A stretch of DNA of 52,022 bases from a bacterium (GTDB lineage: Bacteria; UBA6262; WVXT01). The notes beneath the pieces are model-generated. The model did not search any database and was not told the DNA's origin. It saw only the letters and a program-made list of their open reading frames with translations. The stretch spans positions 1 to 52,022 of the forward strand of contig JBHIBS010000010.1 in assembly GCA_046759165.1 (NCBI GenBank), written 5' to 3'. Below are positions 10,514-21,070 of the stretch, piece by piece (the first letter of the stretch is position 1; every line of letters begins with the position of its first letter). Made by a program: the position numbers and the translations under genes.

Positions 10514-11260
10514 CTATAACTTCAACTTTGGCACGACTTCTCTTTCGCTTCTATTACTGGCAACTATCTTCGTAAGCCAGATGCTCACTTCATAGAGAAT
10601 TAATAGAGGTCCTGCCAGGAGAATTTGAGTGAAAACATCAGGCGGGGTAAGAATGGCAGCTAAAACAAAAATGGCTATAATAAATACCTTTCTCTTTTTT
10701 GCCAAAAACTGTGGACTCACTACGCCTATTCTGGCTAGAAACATCAGCACCAATGGTAACTCAAATACGATACCAAATGCAAGAATCATTAACGTAATGA
10801 AAGATAGGTATTTGCTTATGGAAATCATTGGTTGCAAAGAACCGCCACCGAAACTGAGTAAGAATCTTAAACCTACTGGGACGACCAGAAAGTAAGCAAA
10901 ACTTGCCCCGCTCAAGAATAGAAGTAGCGAAAATGGACTGTAGAAGAATAGATATCTTTTTTCTTTCTCTTTTAAACCCGAGGAAATGAATTGCCAAGCT
11001 TGATAGGCTATCATGGGCAAAGCAAATATAATCCCACCAAATAGGGCAATCTTCAAAGTTATAACAAATGGTTCTTGGGGCGCTATAAACACTAAGGAAT
11101 GTGGGAAAGGCCTTTTCAAAATGGCGAGAATCTTATCAGAATAGAAGTAACTGAAGATTGAACACGCCAGAACCGTAAGTACGCAAACGATGAGTCTTCT
11201 CCTCAGTTCTTCCATATGCCCTATCAGACTCATCTTCCTATCTTGCAATCTCTTCTCCAT
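10514..11260 (-). CDS. tatC: Twin-arginine translocase subunit TatC
   Basis: HMEELRRRL, YQAWQFISSGL, FELP, AAILTPPDVFTQ. Confidence 0.95.
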   Translation of the reverse strand: MEKRLQDRKMSLIGHMEELRRRLIVCVLTVLACSIFSYFYSDKILAILKRPFPHSLVFIAPQEPFVITLKIALFGGIIFALPMIAYQAWQFISSGLKEKEKRYLFFYSPFSLLLFLSGASFAYFLVVPVGLRFLLSFGGGSLQPMISISKYLSFITLMILAFGIVFELPLVLMFLARIGVVSPQFLAKKRKVFIIAIFVLAAILTPPDVFTQILLAGPLLILYEVSIWLTKIVASNRSEREVVPKLKL

Positions 11261-11301
11261 TCTATTCTCTTAGTGAGAAAACCAAAATAGATTTTTTAAA
11301 A

Positions 11302-11330
11302 ATTATAGCACAGAGGTCGTGAGATTGCAA
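11302..11330 (-). promoter_or_regulatory. Sigma70 promoter of the tatC operon
   Basis: Minus strand TTGCAA-N17-TATAAT with extended -10 TG, about 40 bp upstream of tatC. Confidence 0.65.
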
Positions 11331-11536
11331 GAAAGTTAATTGCTAAATTAACATCATCTTCATCAAAATGGGCGGTTTAAGCTCCTACCCAAGATCCGAG
11401 CCAGTGGCCTTCAGCACAGTGGCCTACTCCCGGAACCATAAAACGCACTCTCATGCCCACCCCACTCCTTCAATCAATCTTCGTGCCCTTCACAAAATTA
11501 TTTTCTCGTCGGAAAACTCTAAAATCACCTTTCTTT

Positions 11537-11724
11537 TTGACCCCCGCCCTCTATGCATTCTAAAATATCTCTCCTCGCTTAGAGGGCGGGGTCAATTTTT
11601 GCCTCTTAACGCCTCTCCCCTATAGGGGAGAGCCCCCTCACCCCTTTCCCCATTTAACTCCCCTCCTTTTTCCTCCCCCTCCAGGGGGAGGAGCAGAGGA
11701 GGGGTATTGGGGTCGCAATGACAG
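11537..11724. repeat. Cluster of GC-rich palindromes; 11652-11724 is an inverted homologue of 34188-34276
   Basis: ccccgccctcta/tagagggcgggg arms, ctctcccctataggggagag hairpin; 14-mer ggggaggagcagag (11685-11698) and gcaatgacag (11715-11724) recur inverted at 34215-34228 and 34188-34197. Confidence 0.6.
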
Positions 11725-11889
11725 ACCAAAAGCAAAGCTTTTTCAGAGCTCTCTTTAAATAGTTAGAGTCAAGAACTCTAACGCATTTTTAGTAAAGATG
11801 CTTTTTAGAAGTTCTCAGTAGGACTCAACACTCACTTCTACCGCGGCCTATCCTTGCTGGAGCCCATACACGAAGTAGCTCTGCGTGTA

Positions 11890-12735
11890 TTATCCTTCTG
11901 TTTTTGAATTCTTTTGATTTGTGGGACTCGAATTCCTTAAACTACAAAATTCCTCATAATCAATCAATTTTTTTATTGTGGGCTTGTCTCCACAAACCAA
12001 GCAGTCCTTATCTCTGACAAATTTAACACTTCTAAAGCTCATCTCCAAAGCGTCAAAAATAAGGAGTCTCCCAATCAATAACTCGCCCTTGCCAAGAATT
12101 AGTTTCAGAACCTCGCTAGCTTGAATTATGCCCAGAACGCCGGCAACCACACCCAGAATGCCCGCTTCCTGACAAGAAGGTACCAATCCCGGGGGAGGTG
12201 GCTCGGGAAAGAGACAACGGTAACAAGGTCCCTGCTGAGGGAGCACAGTAGTTGCTTGGCCATCAAAGCGTAAGATTCCAGCATGGGAGAATGGTTTATT
12301 CAATAAGACACAAGCATCGTTTACCAAATACCGTGTGGGAAAATTATCACTTCCATCAACAATTATATCATAATCTTTAATTATATCCAGAATGTTATCC
12401 GAATTAAGCCTCAGTTGGTAAGTAGCTACTTCTATATCAGTATTAAGATTCTGCAATTTATTTTTTGCCGACTCTGTTTTTGGCACACCAATATCCTTTG
12501 TGGAGTGGAGAATTTGACGTTGTAAATTGTTTAGCTCCACCTTATCACTATCCACCAGTCCGATCTTTCCTACCCCGGCTCCTGCCAGGTAGAAAGCGCA
12601 GGGGGAACCCAAACCACCACAACCAATAATGAGAACCTTAGCTTTCATAATCTTCTCCTGACCTTTTCCTCCTACCTCTGGTAAAATTATCTGTCTGCTG
12701 TATCTTTCGATTTGATCATTTTTGAAACTAACCAT
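11890..12735 (-). CDS. moeB: MoeB/ThiF-family sulfur-carrier adenylyltransferase (E1-like)
   Basis: ERYSRQI, GCGGLG, NLQRQ, DGSDNF, CYRC and CLVC zinc motifs, SCQEAG; ATG 12735 has GGAGG RBS (track start 12789 probably too long). Confidence 0.9.
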   Translation of the reverse strand: MVSFKNDQIERYSRQIILPEVGGKGQEKIMKAKVLIIGCGGLGSPCAFYLAGAGVGKIGLVDSDKVELNNLQRQILHSTKDIGVPKTESAKNKLQNLNTDIEVATYQLRLNSDNILDIIKDYDIIVDGSDNFPTRYLVNDACVLLNKPFSHAGILRFDGQATTVLPQQGPCYRCLFPEPPPPGLVPSCQEAGILGVVAGVLGIIQASEVLKLILGKGELLIGRLLIFDALEMSFRSVKFVRDKDCLVCGDKPTIKKLIDYEEFCSLRNSSPTNQKNSKTEG

Positions 12736-12809
12736 ATCTTTACCTCCTATGTAAATCAGTAAGTCACCTTTTTCCTCGAGATCTCGCAATTAAATTCGGG
12801 GAACCAGAG

Positions 12810-13046
12810 TTATACCTTTCTGATTAGAAGTCTAAAAGCACCTTCAATTCTTTTCACCCCTATAATTTCGTGACCTTCCTCCTTTACGCTTCGAGGAACA
12901 TTTTTAATTGGTTCACCCTCATCAATGAGTACTTCTAGTATTTGTCCTTTATTCATTTCTTCGAGTTTAAGCTTTGTCTTGACAAAATTAATTGGACATA
13001 CCACACCTCGCAAATCGAGCTTTTCATCAGCTTTTATTTCATTCAC
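12810..13046 (-). CDS. TusA/SirA-family sulfurtransferase
   Basis: LDLRGVVCPINFVKTKLKLEEM...GEPIKNVPRS. Confidence 0.9.
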   Translation of the reverse strand: MNEIKADEKLDLRGVVCPINFVKTKLKLEEMNKGQILEVLIDEGEPIKNVPRSVKEEGHEIIGVKRIEGAFRLLIRKV

Positions 13047-13894
13047 TTTATTTTCTCCTTAAAATAATCTATTCCCACACGGTCCAGTGTCTCGCGGAAG
13101 CGTTCGCCCTTTTTACCTTCTTTTCGATAGAACTCCAATGTCTTTTCTACAGTTTCAAACAGCTTATCTTCGGAAGGAACAAAGTCAAAAACTTTCTGGC
13201 CAAGGGCTGGAAACTTTCCCATTTTACCTCCCACATAAACCGCATAACCGTCCTGCTTCTTCTCCCAGGCTCCAGTGGGACAGACCAAAACACACTCCGC
13301 ACAACCAATGCATTTAGCCTCCTCGTATAAGAGCTTTTCCCCATTAACAGTGATTGCCTTCACAGGACATACTTCTGCACAAAGTCCACAGTAATTGCAG
13401 AGTTCTTCGTTGAAGTTTTTCTCGATTTTTCCCATAACCCCAAAGTCATTTTCTAAAGGCTTTACGCAAGCGTTGGGGCACCCTGTAATACCAATTTTGA
13501 ACTTCTGAGGCAACCCTCCCCTGCCAAAAAACTTCTTGTCAACTTTCTTCCCAATTGCCTGGGCATCGATAAGGCCATGGGAACATATGCCACCCTGGCA
13601 GGCAGTCACTGTCCTCACCCGAGGACCACAAGCACCGACCTCCAGTCCCACTTTTGATAATTCCTTCTTTACCTTATCAAAATCATTAAAGTGTACGTAG
13701 GGAATCTCAATTCCCTGACGAGTAGTAAGATGCATATGTCCACGACCATATTTATTGGCGATTTCAGCTAATTTAGGTAATTGATCGCTACGCACATAGC
13801 CACCAGCACAACGGAGTCTCACTGAAAAGAGATCCTTTTCCTTCTGTTTCATAAAACCACCAGCTTTTAGTTCTTTAATATTGTACTCTGCCAT
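13043..13894 (-). CDS. Small siroheme-[4Fe-4S] sulfite reductase with inserted ferredoxin domain
   Basis: HLTTRQG, VTACQGGIC and GCPNAC siroheme-cluster ligands, two CxxCxxCxxxCP motifs, GERF; sits in sulfate assimilation operon. Confidence 0.85.
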   Translation of the reverse strand: MAEYNIKELKAGGFMKQKEKDLFSVRLRCAGGYVRSDQLPKLAEIANKYGRGHMHLTTRQGIEIPYVHFNDFDKVKKELSKVGLEVGACGPRVRTVTACQGGICSHGLIDAQAIGKKVDKKFFGRGGLPQKFKIGITGCPNACVKPLENDFGVMGKIEKNFNEELCNYCGLCAEVCPVKAITVNGEKLLYEEAKCIGCAECVLVCPTGAWEKKQDGYAVYVGGKMGKFPALGQKVFDFVPSEDKLFETVEKTLEFYRKEGKKGERFRETLDRVGIDYFKEKIK

Positions 13895-13905
13895 TTTCCG
13901 CTCCT

Positions 13906-15099
13906 TTAAATTTCAAAATATTGTTGTATACTGAAGTACCTCTCTCCAGTATCGGGAAGGATAACTATGACCCTTTTCCCTTTCCCCAAATCTTTGGCAA
14001 TTTTTAGGGCAGCAAAAGCAGCTGCTCCCGAAGATATTCCTGCAAATATGCCTTCTTCTTTAGCTAACCTCTGAGTTGTATTGTAGGCTTCTTCATCTCT
14101 CACCGTAACTATCTCATCGATTATTTTCCGGTTCAATACATCGGGAACGAACCCTGCGCCAATACCTTGAATCTTGTGAGGTCCACATGGTTCGCCGGAA
14201 AGAACAGCTGAACTATGTGGTTCAACAGCAATTATCTTTACTTGGGGATATTCCCTTTTGATAACTTCTCCCACACCAGTTATAGTTCCTCCTGTGCCTA
14301 CTCCAGCTACTAAAGCATCCAATTCTCCATTAGTAGCTACTAAGATTTCTCGGGCAGTAGTTTGGCGATGGATTTCTGGATTAGCAGGATTTTTAAACTG
14401 TTGGGGTAGAAAAACATCTGGATTTTTAGCTGCAATCTCCTCAGCTTTTTTTACCGCTCCCATCATTCCTTTAATTGCCGGAGTAAGTACTATTTCGGCA
14501 CCAAAACTTTTGAGGATATAAATTCTTTCTAAACTCATCGACTCAGGCATAGTGAGAATACATTTATATCCTTTAACAGCACATACCATAGCCAGACCAA
14601 TCCCTGTGTTTCCACTTGTAGGTTCAACGACAATTGAACCTGGTCTTAATTTTCCTTCTTTTTCTGCCGCCTCCATCATACTGAGTGCTATTCTATCTTT
14701 AACACTTCCTCCCGGGCTATAGGATTCAAGTTTTGCATAAATTTCGGCCATCTTATCACTAACTATTCGGTTTAACCTTACCACCGGCGTATTTCCAATT
14801 AAATGCAATATGCTTTGGGCAACTCTTCTCCCACATTTTCCATCACTTTGATTAAAACTTCCCACTTGCGTGTTGGCTTTTTCTCTTTCTTCTCGGCCGC
14901 CGCCTATGAAGAACACTATTTCTACCCTATCCCCGTTTTTCAGAAAAACTGAATCGTAATCCTTGCGCTCGATAACCTCATCGTTAACTTCTACTGTGAC
15001 AATACTGGGTCGAATATTCTTTTTCTGAAGAAACTGAGAGATATTCATCTCACCTTCTAATATTTTTTCTTTTCCATTAACAAAAATTTTTCCTGTCAT
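13906..15099 (-). CDS. ThiS-like sulfur carrier fused N-terminally to cysteine synthase
   Basis: aa 1-68 beta-grasp pattern (IFVNG...VEVN...GDRVEIVFFIGGG), linker of about 24 aa, then CysK motifs IGNTP, SVKDR, TSGNTG, HKIQGIG. Confidence 0.88.
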   Translation of the reverse strand: MTGKIFVNGKEKILEGEMNISQFLQKKNIRPSIVTVEVNDEVIERKDYDSVFLKNGDRVEIVFFIGGGREEREKANTQVGSFNQSDGKCGRRVAQSILHLIGNTPVVRLNRIVSDKMAEIYAKLESYSPGGSVKDRIALSMMEAAEKEGKLRPGSIVVEPTSGNTGIGLAMVCAVKGYKCILTMPESMSLERIYILKSFGAEIVLTPAIKGMMGAVKKAEEIAAKNPDVFLPQQFKNPANPEIHRQTTAREILVATNGELDALVAGVGTGGTITGVGEVIKREYPQVKIIAVEPHSSAVLSGEPCGPHKIQGIGAGFVPDVLNRKIIDEIVTVRDEEAYNTTQRLAKEEGIFAGISSGAAAFAALKIAKDLGKGKRVIVILPDTGERYFSIQQYFEI

Positions 15100-15101
15100 T
15101 A

Positions 15102-16514
15102 TTAGTACCTCCTATATGGATCCCCTTGTGAACCATGGAGAAAATTAGAATTTCCCTCGCTGGTAATCGTTGCCTTCAGCTTGCCACTAAAGCCTTTCCT
15201 AAAAGATGTACTTTTTGCAATTTCTCGCAAGGCGAAGTTAGCCGCATGAATAGTCTTGTCAATATCTTCCTTTGTGTGACTTAAGGAAATAAAACATGAC
15301 TCAAATTGTGAAGGAGGGAAATAAATTCCTTCCTTTAGCATTTTTCTAAAGAATTGAGCATACTTTTCTGTATTTGCTTTTCCAGCTGTATTATAATCTG
15401 TTACCTCTTCCTTAGCAAAGAAAACAGTGAATATAGAACCGATTCGGTTAATCCTGATTTTCACTCCCAACTTTTCTGCATTTTTCTTCAGTCCTTGACA
15501 GAGAAGTTTCGTTCGTTCCTCAAGTAACTTATATACTTTATTTTGGGAGAGGATTTTTAGAGTTGCTAAACCTGCTGTAACTGCTACGAGATTACCGGAA
15601 AGAGTTCCCGCTTGATATACTTTACCCAAGGGTGAGATATATTTCATAATTTCTTTTTTTCCCCCATAAGCACCTACGGGGAATCCACCTCCAATTATTT
15701 TTCCCAAACAAGTTAAATCTGGTTTTACTTTGTAAATTTCCTGTGCCCCTCCATAGGCTACTCTGAAACCAGTAATTACTTCATCGAAAATAAGAACTAT
15801 TTTATACTGGTCGCAAATCTCACGCAATCCCTGTAAAAAACCTGGTTTGGGCAAGACTACTCCCATATTTCCCGCAATTGGTTCAACAATGATACAGGCT
15901 ATATCCTGATGATACTTTTTGACCGTTTTCTCTACTGCGGTTAGATCGTTATAAGCCAATACCAAAGTATGCTTGACAAAGTCTTTCGGTACGCCAAGGC
16001 TGTTTGGTACACCAAAAGTAGTAGCTCCGGACCCCGCGCCAACCAAAAAATAATCGGCGTGACCGTGGTAACACCCTTCAAATTTTATGATTTTTGCTCT
16101 CCCAGTATAACCTCTGGCCAGCCTAATTGCACTCATAGTAGCTTCAGTCCCTGAGTTTACTAACCGCACCAACTTGATTGAGGGAAATGTTTTACAGATT
16201 TCTTTAGCTAATTCAGTCTCTTCTTTAGTGGGAGCGCCAAAACTCGTTCCTTTAGAAACAGCCCTGCTAACCGCCTTAATCACTTCTGGATGAAGGTGTC
16301 CTAAAATTAATGGCCCCCAAGACATCATGTAATCAACATATTCTTTGCCTTCCACATCATAAATTCTCGAACCCTTAGCGTGACTAATAAATACAGGTTC
16401 GCTGTTCACCGCCCGGAAAGCACGAACTGGACTATTTACTCCACCAGGAATATATTTCTGTGCTTCATAATAGAAACTCTTATTTAAATTAGACTTCCTT
16501 AAGATTTTAACCAT
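15102..16514 (-). CDS. hemL: Glutamate-1-semialdehyde 2,1-aminomutase
   Basis: [53 protein letters not shown]. Confidence 0.95.
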   Translation of the reverse strand: MVKILRKSNLNKSFYYEAQKYIPGGVNSPVRAFRAVNSEPVFISHAKGSRIYDVEGKEYVDYMMSWGPLILGHLHPEVIKAVSRAVSKGTSFGAPTKEETELAKEICKTFPSIKLVRLVNSGTEATMSAIRLARGYTGRAKIIKFEGCYHGHADYFLVGAGSGATTFGVPNSLGVPKDFVKHTLVLAYNDLTAVEKTVKKYHQDIACIIVEPIAGNMGVVLPKPGFLQGLREICDQYKIVLIFDEVITGFRVAYGGAQEIYKVKPDLTCLGKIIGGGFPVGAYGGKKEIMKYISPLGKVYQAGTLSGNLVAVTAGLATLKILSQNKVYKLLEERTKLLCQGLKKNAEKLGVKIRINRIGSIFTVFFAKEEVTDYNTAGKANTEKYAQFFRKMLKEGIYFPPSQFESCFISLSHTKEDIDKTIHAANFALREIAKSTSFRKGFSGKLKATITSEGNSNFLHGSQGDPYRRY

Positions 16515-17473
16515 TTTGCTACTTCCTTAGCCCAGTAGGTGATAATAATATCTGCTCCTGCTCGTTTTATGCTCGTTAGCATTTCCAAAACTATTTTCTT
16601 CTCCTCCAACCATCCTCTCTGGCTGGCAGCTTTAACCATTGCGTATTCTCCACTCACGTTGTAAGCAGCTATTGGCACAGTAAACTCATCTCTTACTCGC
16701 GAAATAATATCCAAATATGCTAAAGCTGGCTTGACCATAACAATATCTGCTCCTTCTTCTACGTCTAACTTTATTTCAGAAATAGCCTCGTCACTATTGG
16801 CTGGGTTCATCTGGTACAATTTACGGTCACCAAACTGCGGTGAAGAATTGGCTGCCTCGCGGAAAGGACCGTAGAATGAAGAAGCATATTTAGCAGAATA
16901 GGACATAATAGCAGTTTTTCTATATCCATTATTATCCAAATTTTCTCGAATTGTTTTTACTTGTCCATCCATCATTGCTGAGGGAGCAACAATGTCAGCG
17001 CCAGCTTGAGCATGAGACAACGCTGTTCTTGCTAATAGTTCTATAGTAGAATCATTATCGATTTCCCCGTCTTTAACTATTCCGCAATGTCCATGAACAG
17101 TGTAACTACATAGACATACATCAGTAATTATCGTAAGAGCGGGAATTTCTTTTTTGACCTCTCTTACAGCCCGTTGAACAATGCCGTCCTTAACATAGGC
17201 TTGAGAACCCAGTGCATCTTTCTTCTCTGGAATTCCAAAAAGTAATATCGCAGGAATTCCCACTTGTTCCACTTCTTTTGTTTCTTTAATCAAATTATCA
17301 ATGGAAATCCTGCATATTCCTGGCATGGACTCAATTGGTTCTATAGCTTTCTTACCAGTAATTATAAAATATGGCATGATTAAATCATCAATAGATATAC
17401 GTGTTTCGCCAATCATTCTTCGTAATCGTTCGTTCTTTCGCAGTCTGCTTAGTCTATGTAAAGGATAACCCAT
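16499..17473 (-). CDS. hemB: Porphobilinogen synthase (Zn-type)
   Basis: [42 protein letters not shown]. Confidence 0.96.
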   Translation of the reverse strand: MGYPLHRLSRLRKNERLRRMIGETRISIDDLIMPYFIITGKKAIEPIESMPGICRISIDNLIKETKEVEQVGIPAILLFGIPEKKDALGSQAYVKDGIVQRAVREVKKEIPALTIITDVCLCSYTVHGHCGIVKDGEIDNDSTIELLARTALSHAQAGADIVAPSAMMDGQVKTIRENLDNNGYRKTAIMSYSAKYASSFYGPFREAANSSPQFGDRKLYQMNPANSDEAISEIKLDVEEGADIVMVKPALAYLDIISRVRDEFTVPIAAYNVSGEYAMVKAASQRGWLEEKKIVLEMLTSIKRAGADIIITYWAKEVAKWLKS

Positions 17474-17475
17474 TA

Positions 17476-18861
17476 TTAAATCACCTTCGCATTAAGTCCA
17501 TAACTTTTAGCCTGTGCTTGTGTAATTTCACCAATACATTTAACCTTTACCCGTCTGGGTAGCTTCTTGTACTCTTTCATAAAATTATTCACTGTTGATG
17601 GACTGGTGAATATAATTTCTTCAATATCGTCGAGATTGATTTTACTAACCTTAGGTTTTATATTTCGATAGACTGTTATAGTGTCAACATTAGCCCCTAA
17701 GTCTTCCAGTGCTTTAGAAAGATAATTGCCGGCAAGATTAGAACGCGGTATGAGGATATTTTTACCCCGTATATCGAAATTCCTGAATGCTTCTACAATT
17801 CCTGTTGAAGACTCTTTTTCTGGAATAAAATTTACAGTGATTCCGTACTTTTTCAGCCTTTTACCGGTAGCACTGCCGACGGCACAAATTTTTATTCCTC
17901 TTAAAGCTTTCATATCTTTTATATTTTTCTTAAATCTCTTAAAGAAAAATTCTACGCCATGAACACTGAGAAATATTACCCAGTGATATTTTTTAATATC
18001 TTGTATTTTCTGATCGGTCTCTCTGTAATTATCTAAAGGGACAATTTTTATCATCGGCTGATGAATGATCTCGCCTAGAGATTCAAATTTTTTTGGATTG
18101 GTACCAGTCACTAAAATTTTTGGTCTCCTTAAGCTCACTACCTCTCCTACTAAAATGACCGCTGGTGGTTCAAACTTCTCTTTCTTTGCTTTTCCAACAA
18201 TGTCTTTTAAATTCCCCATAACTACTCTTTGCCCAGGTAGAGTGGCTTTTTCAACTATAGCTACAGGCATATCGTTTTTTAAGCCTGCTTTTTTAAGCCT
18301 CGTAATGATTCGGGGTAGATTTTCCATTCCCATATAAAAGACCAGTGTGCCTTGGCGAGGGATACTCTTCCAGGCGATGAAACTCGTCTTTCGATTCGCT
18401 TCGTGACCGGCAATCAAGGTAACCAGCGAAGCATATCTTCGATCAGTGAGGGGTATATTTAGTGAAGCGGCTACTGCCTGGGCAGCAGTTATTCCGGGGA
18501 TAACTTCATATGGAATGCCAGCATTATTTAAAGCTTCTATCTCCTGTCCTCCTCTACCAAAGATAAAGGGATCGCCGTTTTTCAACCGGCAAATAATTTT
18601 ACCTTCTCTGGCACTTCTAATCATTAATTGGTTTATCTTCTTTTGAGCCACAATAAAGCCATCCGAATAATGTTTGCCTCCTAAACTGGCAGTACAGATT
18701 TTTTCTGCTTGCGGACGAGCGGACTTTAAAAATTCTCCATTCACTAAATAGTCATAAATTATGATATCTGCTCCCTGGAGACACTTTTTTCCTTTAATGG
18801 TAATCAATTCCGGCTCTCCCGGACCAGCACCCACTAAATAAACTTTACCCGTCTTACTCAT
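17476..18861 (-). CDS. cobA: Uroporphyrinogen-III C-methyltransferase / uroporphyrinogen-III synthase fusion (CobA-HemD)
   Basis: [28 protein letters not shown]-domain; HemD motifs [31 protein letters not shown]. Confidence 0.88.
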   Translation of the reverse strand: MSKTGKVYLVGAGPGEPELITIKGKKCLQGADIIIYDYLVNGEFLKSARPQAEKICTASLGGKHYSDGFIVAQKKINQLMIRSAREGKIICRLKNGDPFIFGRGGQEIEALNNAGIPYEVIPGITAAQAVAASLNIPLTDRRYASLVTLIAGHEANRKTSFIAWKSIPRQGTLVFYMGMENLPRIITRLKKAGLKNDMPVAIVEKATLPGQRVVMGNLKDIVGKAKKEKFEPPAVILVGEVVSLRRPKILVTGTNPKKFESLGEIIHQPMIKIVPLDNYRETDQKIQDIKKYHWVIFLSVHGVEFFFKRFKKNIKDMKALRGIKICAVGSATGKRLKKYGITVNFIPEKESSTGIVEAFRNFDIRGKNILIPRSNLAGNYLSKALEDLGANVDTITVYRNIKPKVSKINLDDIEEIIFTSPSTVNNFMKEYKKLPRRVKVKCIGEITQAQAKSYGLNAKVI

Positions 18862-18878
18862 CGACTAATCCTTCCACC

Positions 18879-20627
18879 TTACTGCTTCAGCCATCTGACT
18901 CCGGCAAACGTTTTCTGGACAGAGGAAATAATCTTTTTGCGACTATATATTTTCTTCACTATTTCTTTAGTTCGTTCATCTTTTTCTCTTATTTCCAGAG
19001 CAAGTGACCCCTGTAATGGGTGAGGTTGTAAAATATCAAATGGAATCCTCTGGACTATTCTTTTCTCCAAACCTAAACGCACAAGGCCAATAGCGGCAAT
19101 TACAATAGCGTCTAAATCACTGTTATCTAACTTCCTTAATCGCTCTTCAATATTGCCTCGAATATCCACTATCTTAAAATCATTTCTGTAAGCCTGCAAT
19201 TGGGTTTTCCGACGTAAACTACTCGTGCCTATCCTCGCTCTATAAGGAAGTTCATCTAACTTTAGATTTCTCTTAGAAACCAGAACGTCGTAAGAATCTA
19301 CGGATTCACTTATAGCTGCAATAGTTAAACCGTTAGGGATCGACTCTGGCAAGTCTTTAGCACTATGTACGGCTAAATCGATTTCTCGGTTAATGAGTGC
19401 TTGTTCAATTTCTCTTGTGAAAAAGTCCGTACCTTCCAATTTCTCTAAAGGCGTCTCTTTATCCCCATCACCTGTAGTTTCAATCTCGATAATTTCAAAT
19501 TTCTGATGAGGATTTATTCTTTTTAATAGAGCTATTATTTCCCCTACCTGTTTAAGAGCTAAAGGGCTGGGTCTGGTGCCAATTCTAATAATACTGTTTA
19601 TGTGTGGCATACTACTCCTACCAAAATTATCGACAAATTTCTCCGTTTCCTCTTCCACAATTTTCTCGGCACGTTTTGCCTCTTCTTTTCTTTGTTTATG
19701 ATTACTTTCGATTATTGAGTTCAAGTCATCTAAGTTATATAAAATTACATTACTGACATTCTTTACTTCAGGATCTACATCCCGCGGTAAGGCAAGATCC
19801 ATTATAACCAAAGTTTTTCTTCGTAACTCCATTATCTCTGAAATTATTTCCCTTTTTATAATTAAGTGAGGACTTGCCGTAGCACTAATAACAATGTCCG
19901 CTTCTTTCAATTCCTCTTTTAATCTATCAAACCTGACTGCTTTCCCTCCCACTTTTGAAGCCAACAGGCAAGCATTTTCGTAAGTTCTATTGGCAATAAA
20001 CACCCCGGAGACTTCTCTATCTTTCAGATATTTAGTTACTAATTCGCCAATTTTGCCTGTGCCAATAATTAAAATTTTCTTTCCTGTTAACCTTTGCCAA
20101 AACTCCTCGAGCATTTTCAAAGCTACCTTACCTATAGATAGGTTACCCTGGGATATTCTTGTCTTTGTCCTCACAAGTTTTCCTACTGCGCTTGCTTTCT
20201 GGAATAATCTATTAAACAGCCCATTTGTTGTTCCCATTTCCTTCGCTTGTAGATATGCTGATTTCACTTGACCTAAAATTTGGTTCTCTCCGATAACTTG
20301 AGAATCTAAACCACTAGCTACACGAAAAAGATGCTTAATAGCTTCTTTATCTTTTAAAAGATAGAGATATTTACTATTTCTATTTTCTTCGAGGTGATGA
20401 TAGTTTACAAGAAAATTCCGTAATTCTACCTGTCCCATCTCCATATCATTAATACAAGTATAAATCTCCACCCGGTTACAGGTGGAAAGGATTACTGCCT
20501 CATCAATTGATTCCATCTCCAGCAATTTAGATAAAGCTTCTCCCAGTCTTTTTCTGGAAAAGGCAAACCTCTCTCTTATTTTTAAGGGCGCGGTCTTATG
20601 ACTTATTCCTATTAGAATCAGATTCAT
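18879..20627 (-). CDS. hemA: Glutamyl-tRNA reductase / truncated hydroxymethylbilane synthase fusion (HemA-HemC)
   Basis: STCNRVE, GLDSQVIGENQI, DLALPRD; then IRIGTRPSPLA, VHSAKD, GTSSLRR, IRGNI; ends before HemC domain 3. Confidence 0.88.
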   Translation of the reverse strand: MNLILIGISHKTAPLKIRERFAFSRKRLGEALSKLLEMESIDEAVILSTCNRVEIYTCINDMEMGQVELRNFLVNYHHLEENRNSKYLYLLKDKEAIKHLFRVASGLDSQVIGENQILGQVKSAYLQAKEMGTTNGLFNRLFQKASAVGKLVRTKTRISQGNLSIGKVALKMLEEFWQRLTGKKILIIGTGKIGELVTKYLKDREVSGVFIANRTYENACLLASKVGGKAVRFDRLKEELKEADIVISATASPHLIIKREIISEIMELRRKTLVIMDLALPRDVDPEVKNVSNVILYNLDDLNSIIESNHKQRKEEAKRAEKIVEEETEKFVDNFGRSSMPHINSIIRIGTRPSPLALKQVGEIIALLKRINPHQKFEIIEIETTGDGDKETPLEKLEGTDFFTREIEQALINREIDLAVHSAKDLPESIPNGLTIAAISESVDSYDVLVSKRNLKLDELPYRARIGTSSLRRKTQLQAYRNDFKIVDIRGNIEERLRKLDNSDLDAIVIAAIGLVRLGLEKRIVQRIPFDILQPHPLQGSLALEIREKDERTKEIVKKIYSRKKIISSVQKTFAGVRWLKQ

Positions 20628-21067
20628 AAAATCACCTTTATTTCATCTCTGATTCTCTTAGCCAGACTTGGCGATTTTCCATTTGTTGATACACTAATTA
20701 CTGACTTCTTCTTCCTCATAATTGCTGGTAAAATAAAACTTGAATCCTTCGCTGAATCGGCTACATTGACTAAAATTCCTAACCTCTTTGCATCTCTGGC
20801 TATTTGGGCATTAACTTTTCGTTGGGAAGTCGCCGCATAGACAAGAAAGGCTCCCTTAAGCATATCCGGTGAGTATTCAAGTTTAACATATCTTATCTTC
20901 TTTGTCCTGTAAAGTTTCCTTAGCCCGGTGGTCAATTCCGGGCTAATTATCTTTACTTTCCCATCAAAGGAGAGAATATTCTTCGCTTTCCTCTCAGCAA
21001 CTTTCCCGCCACCAACAATTACACATTTTCTATTTTTGATGTTAAGATTTATAGGATAAAAAATCAT
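20624..21067 (-). CDS. Precorrin-2 dehydrogenase (SirC/Met8/CysG-N family), short form
   Basis: YPINL, VGGGKVAERK, NVAD, FILPA, ISVSTNGKSPSLA; only 147 aa. Confidence 0.85.
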   Translation of the reverse strand: MIFYPINLNIKNRKCVIVGGGKVAERKAKNILSFDGKVKIISPELTTGLRKLYRTKKIRYVKLEYSPDMLKGAFLVYAATSQRKVNAQIARDAKRLGILVNVADSAKDSSFILPAIMRKKKSVISVSTNGKSPSLAKRIRDEIKVIL

Positions 21068-21070
21068 TTT

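Noticed and set aside
11261-11889. Hidden tatA or other small gene upstream of tatC
   Set aside because: Only a 25-codon minus-strand ORF (MRVRFMVPG...) and a plus-strand ORF over repeats were seen; neither has the TatA TM-FG-amphipathic pattern.
15102-15220. About 40-aa C-terminal extension of HemL as an extra domain
   Set aside because: No motif; it runs over the next gene's RBS and is most simply a shifted stop codon.
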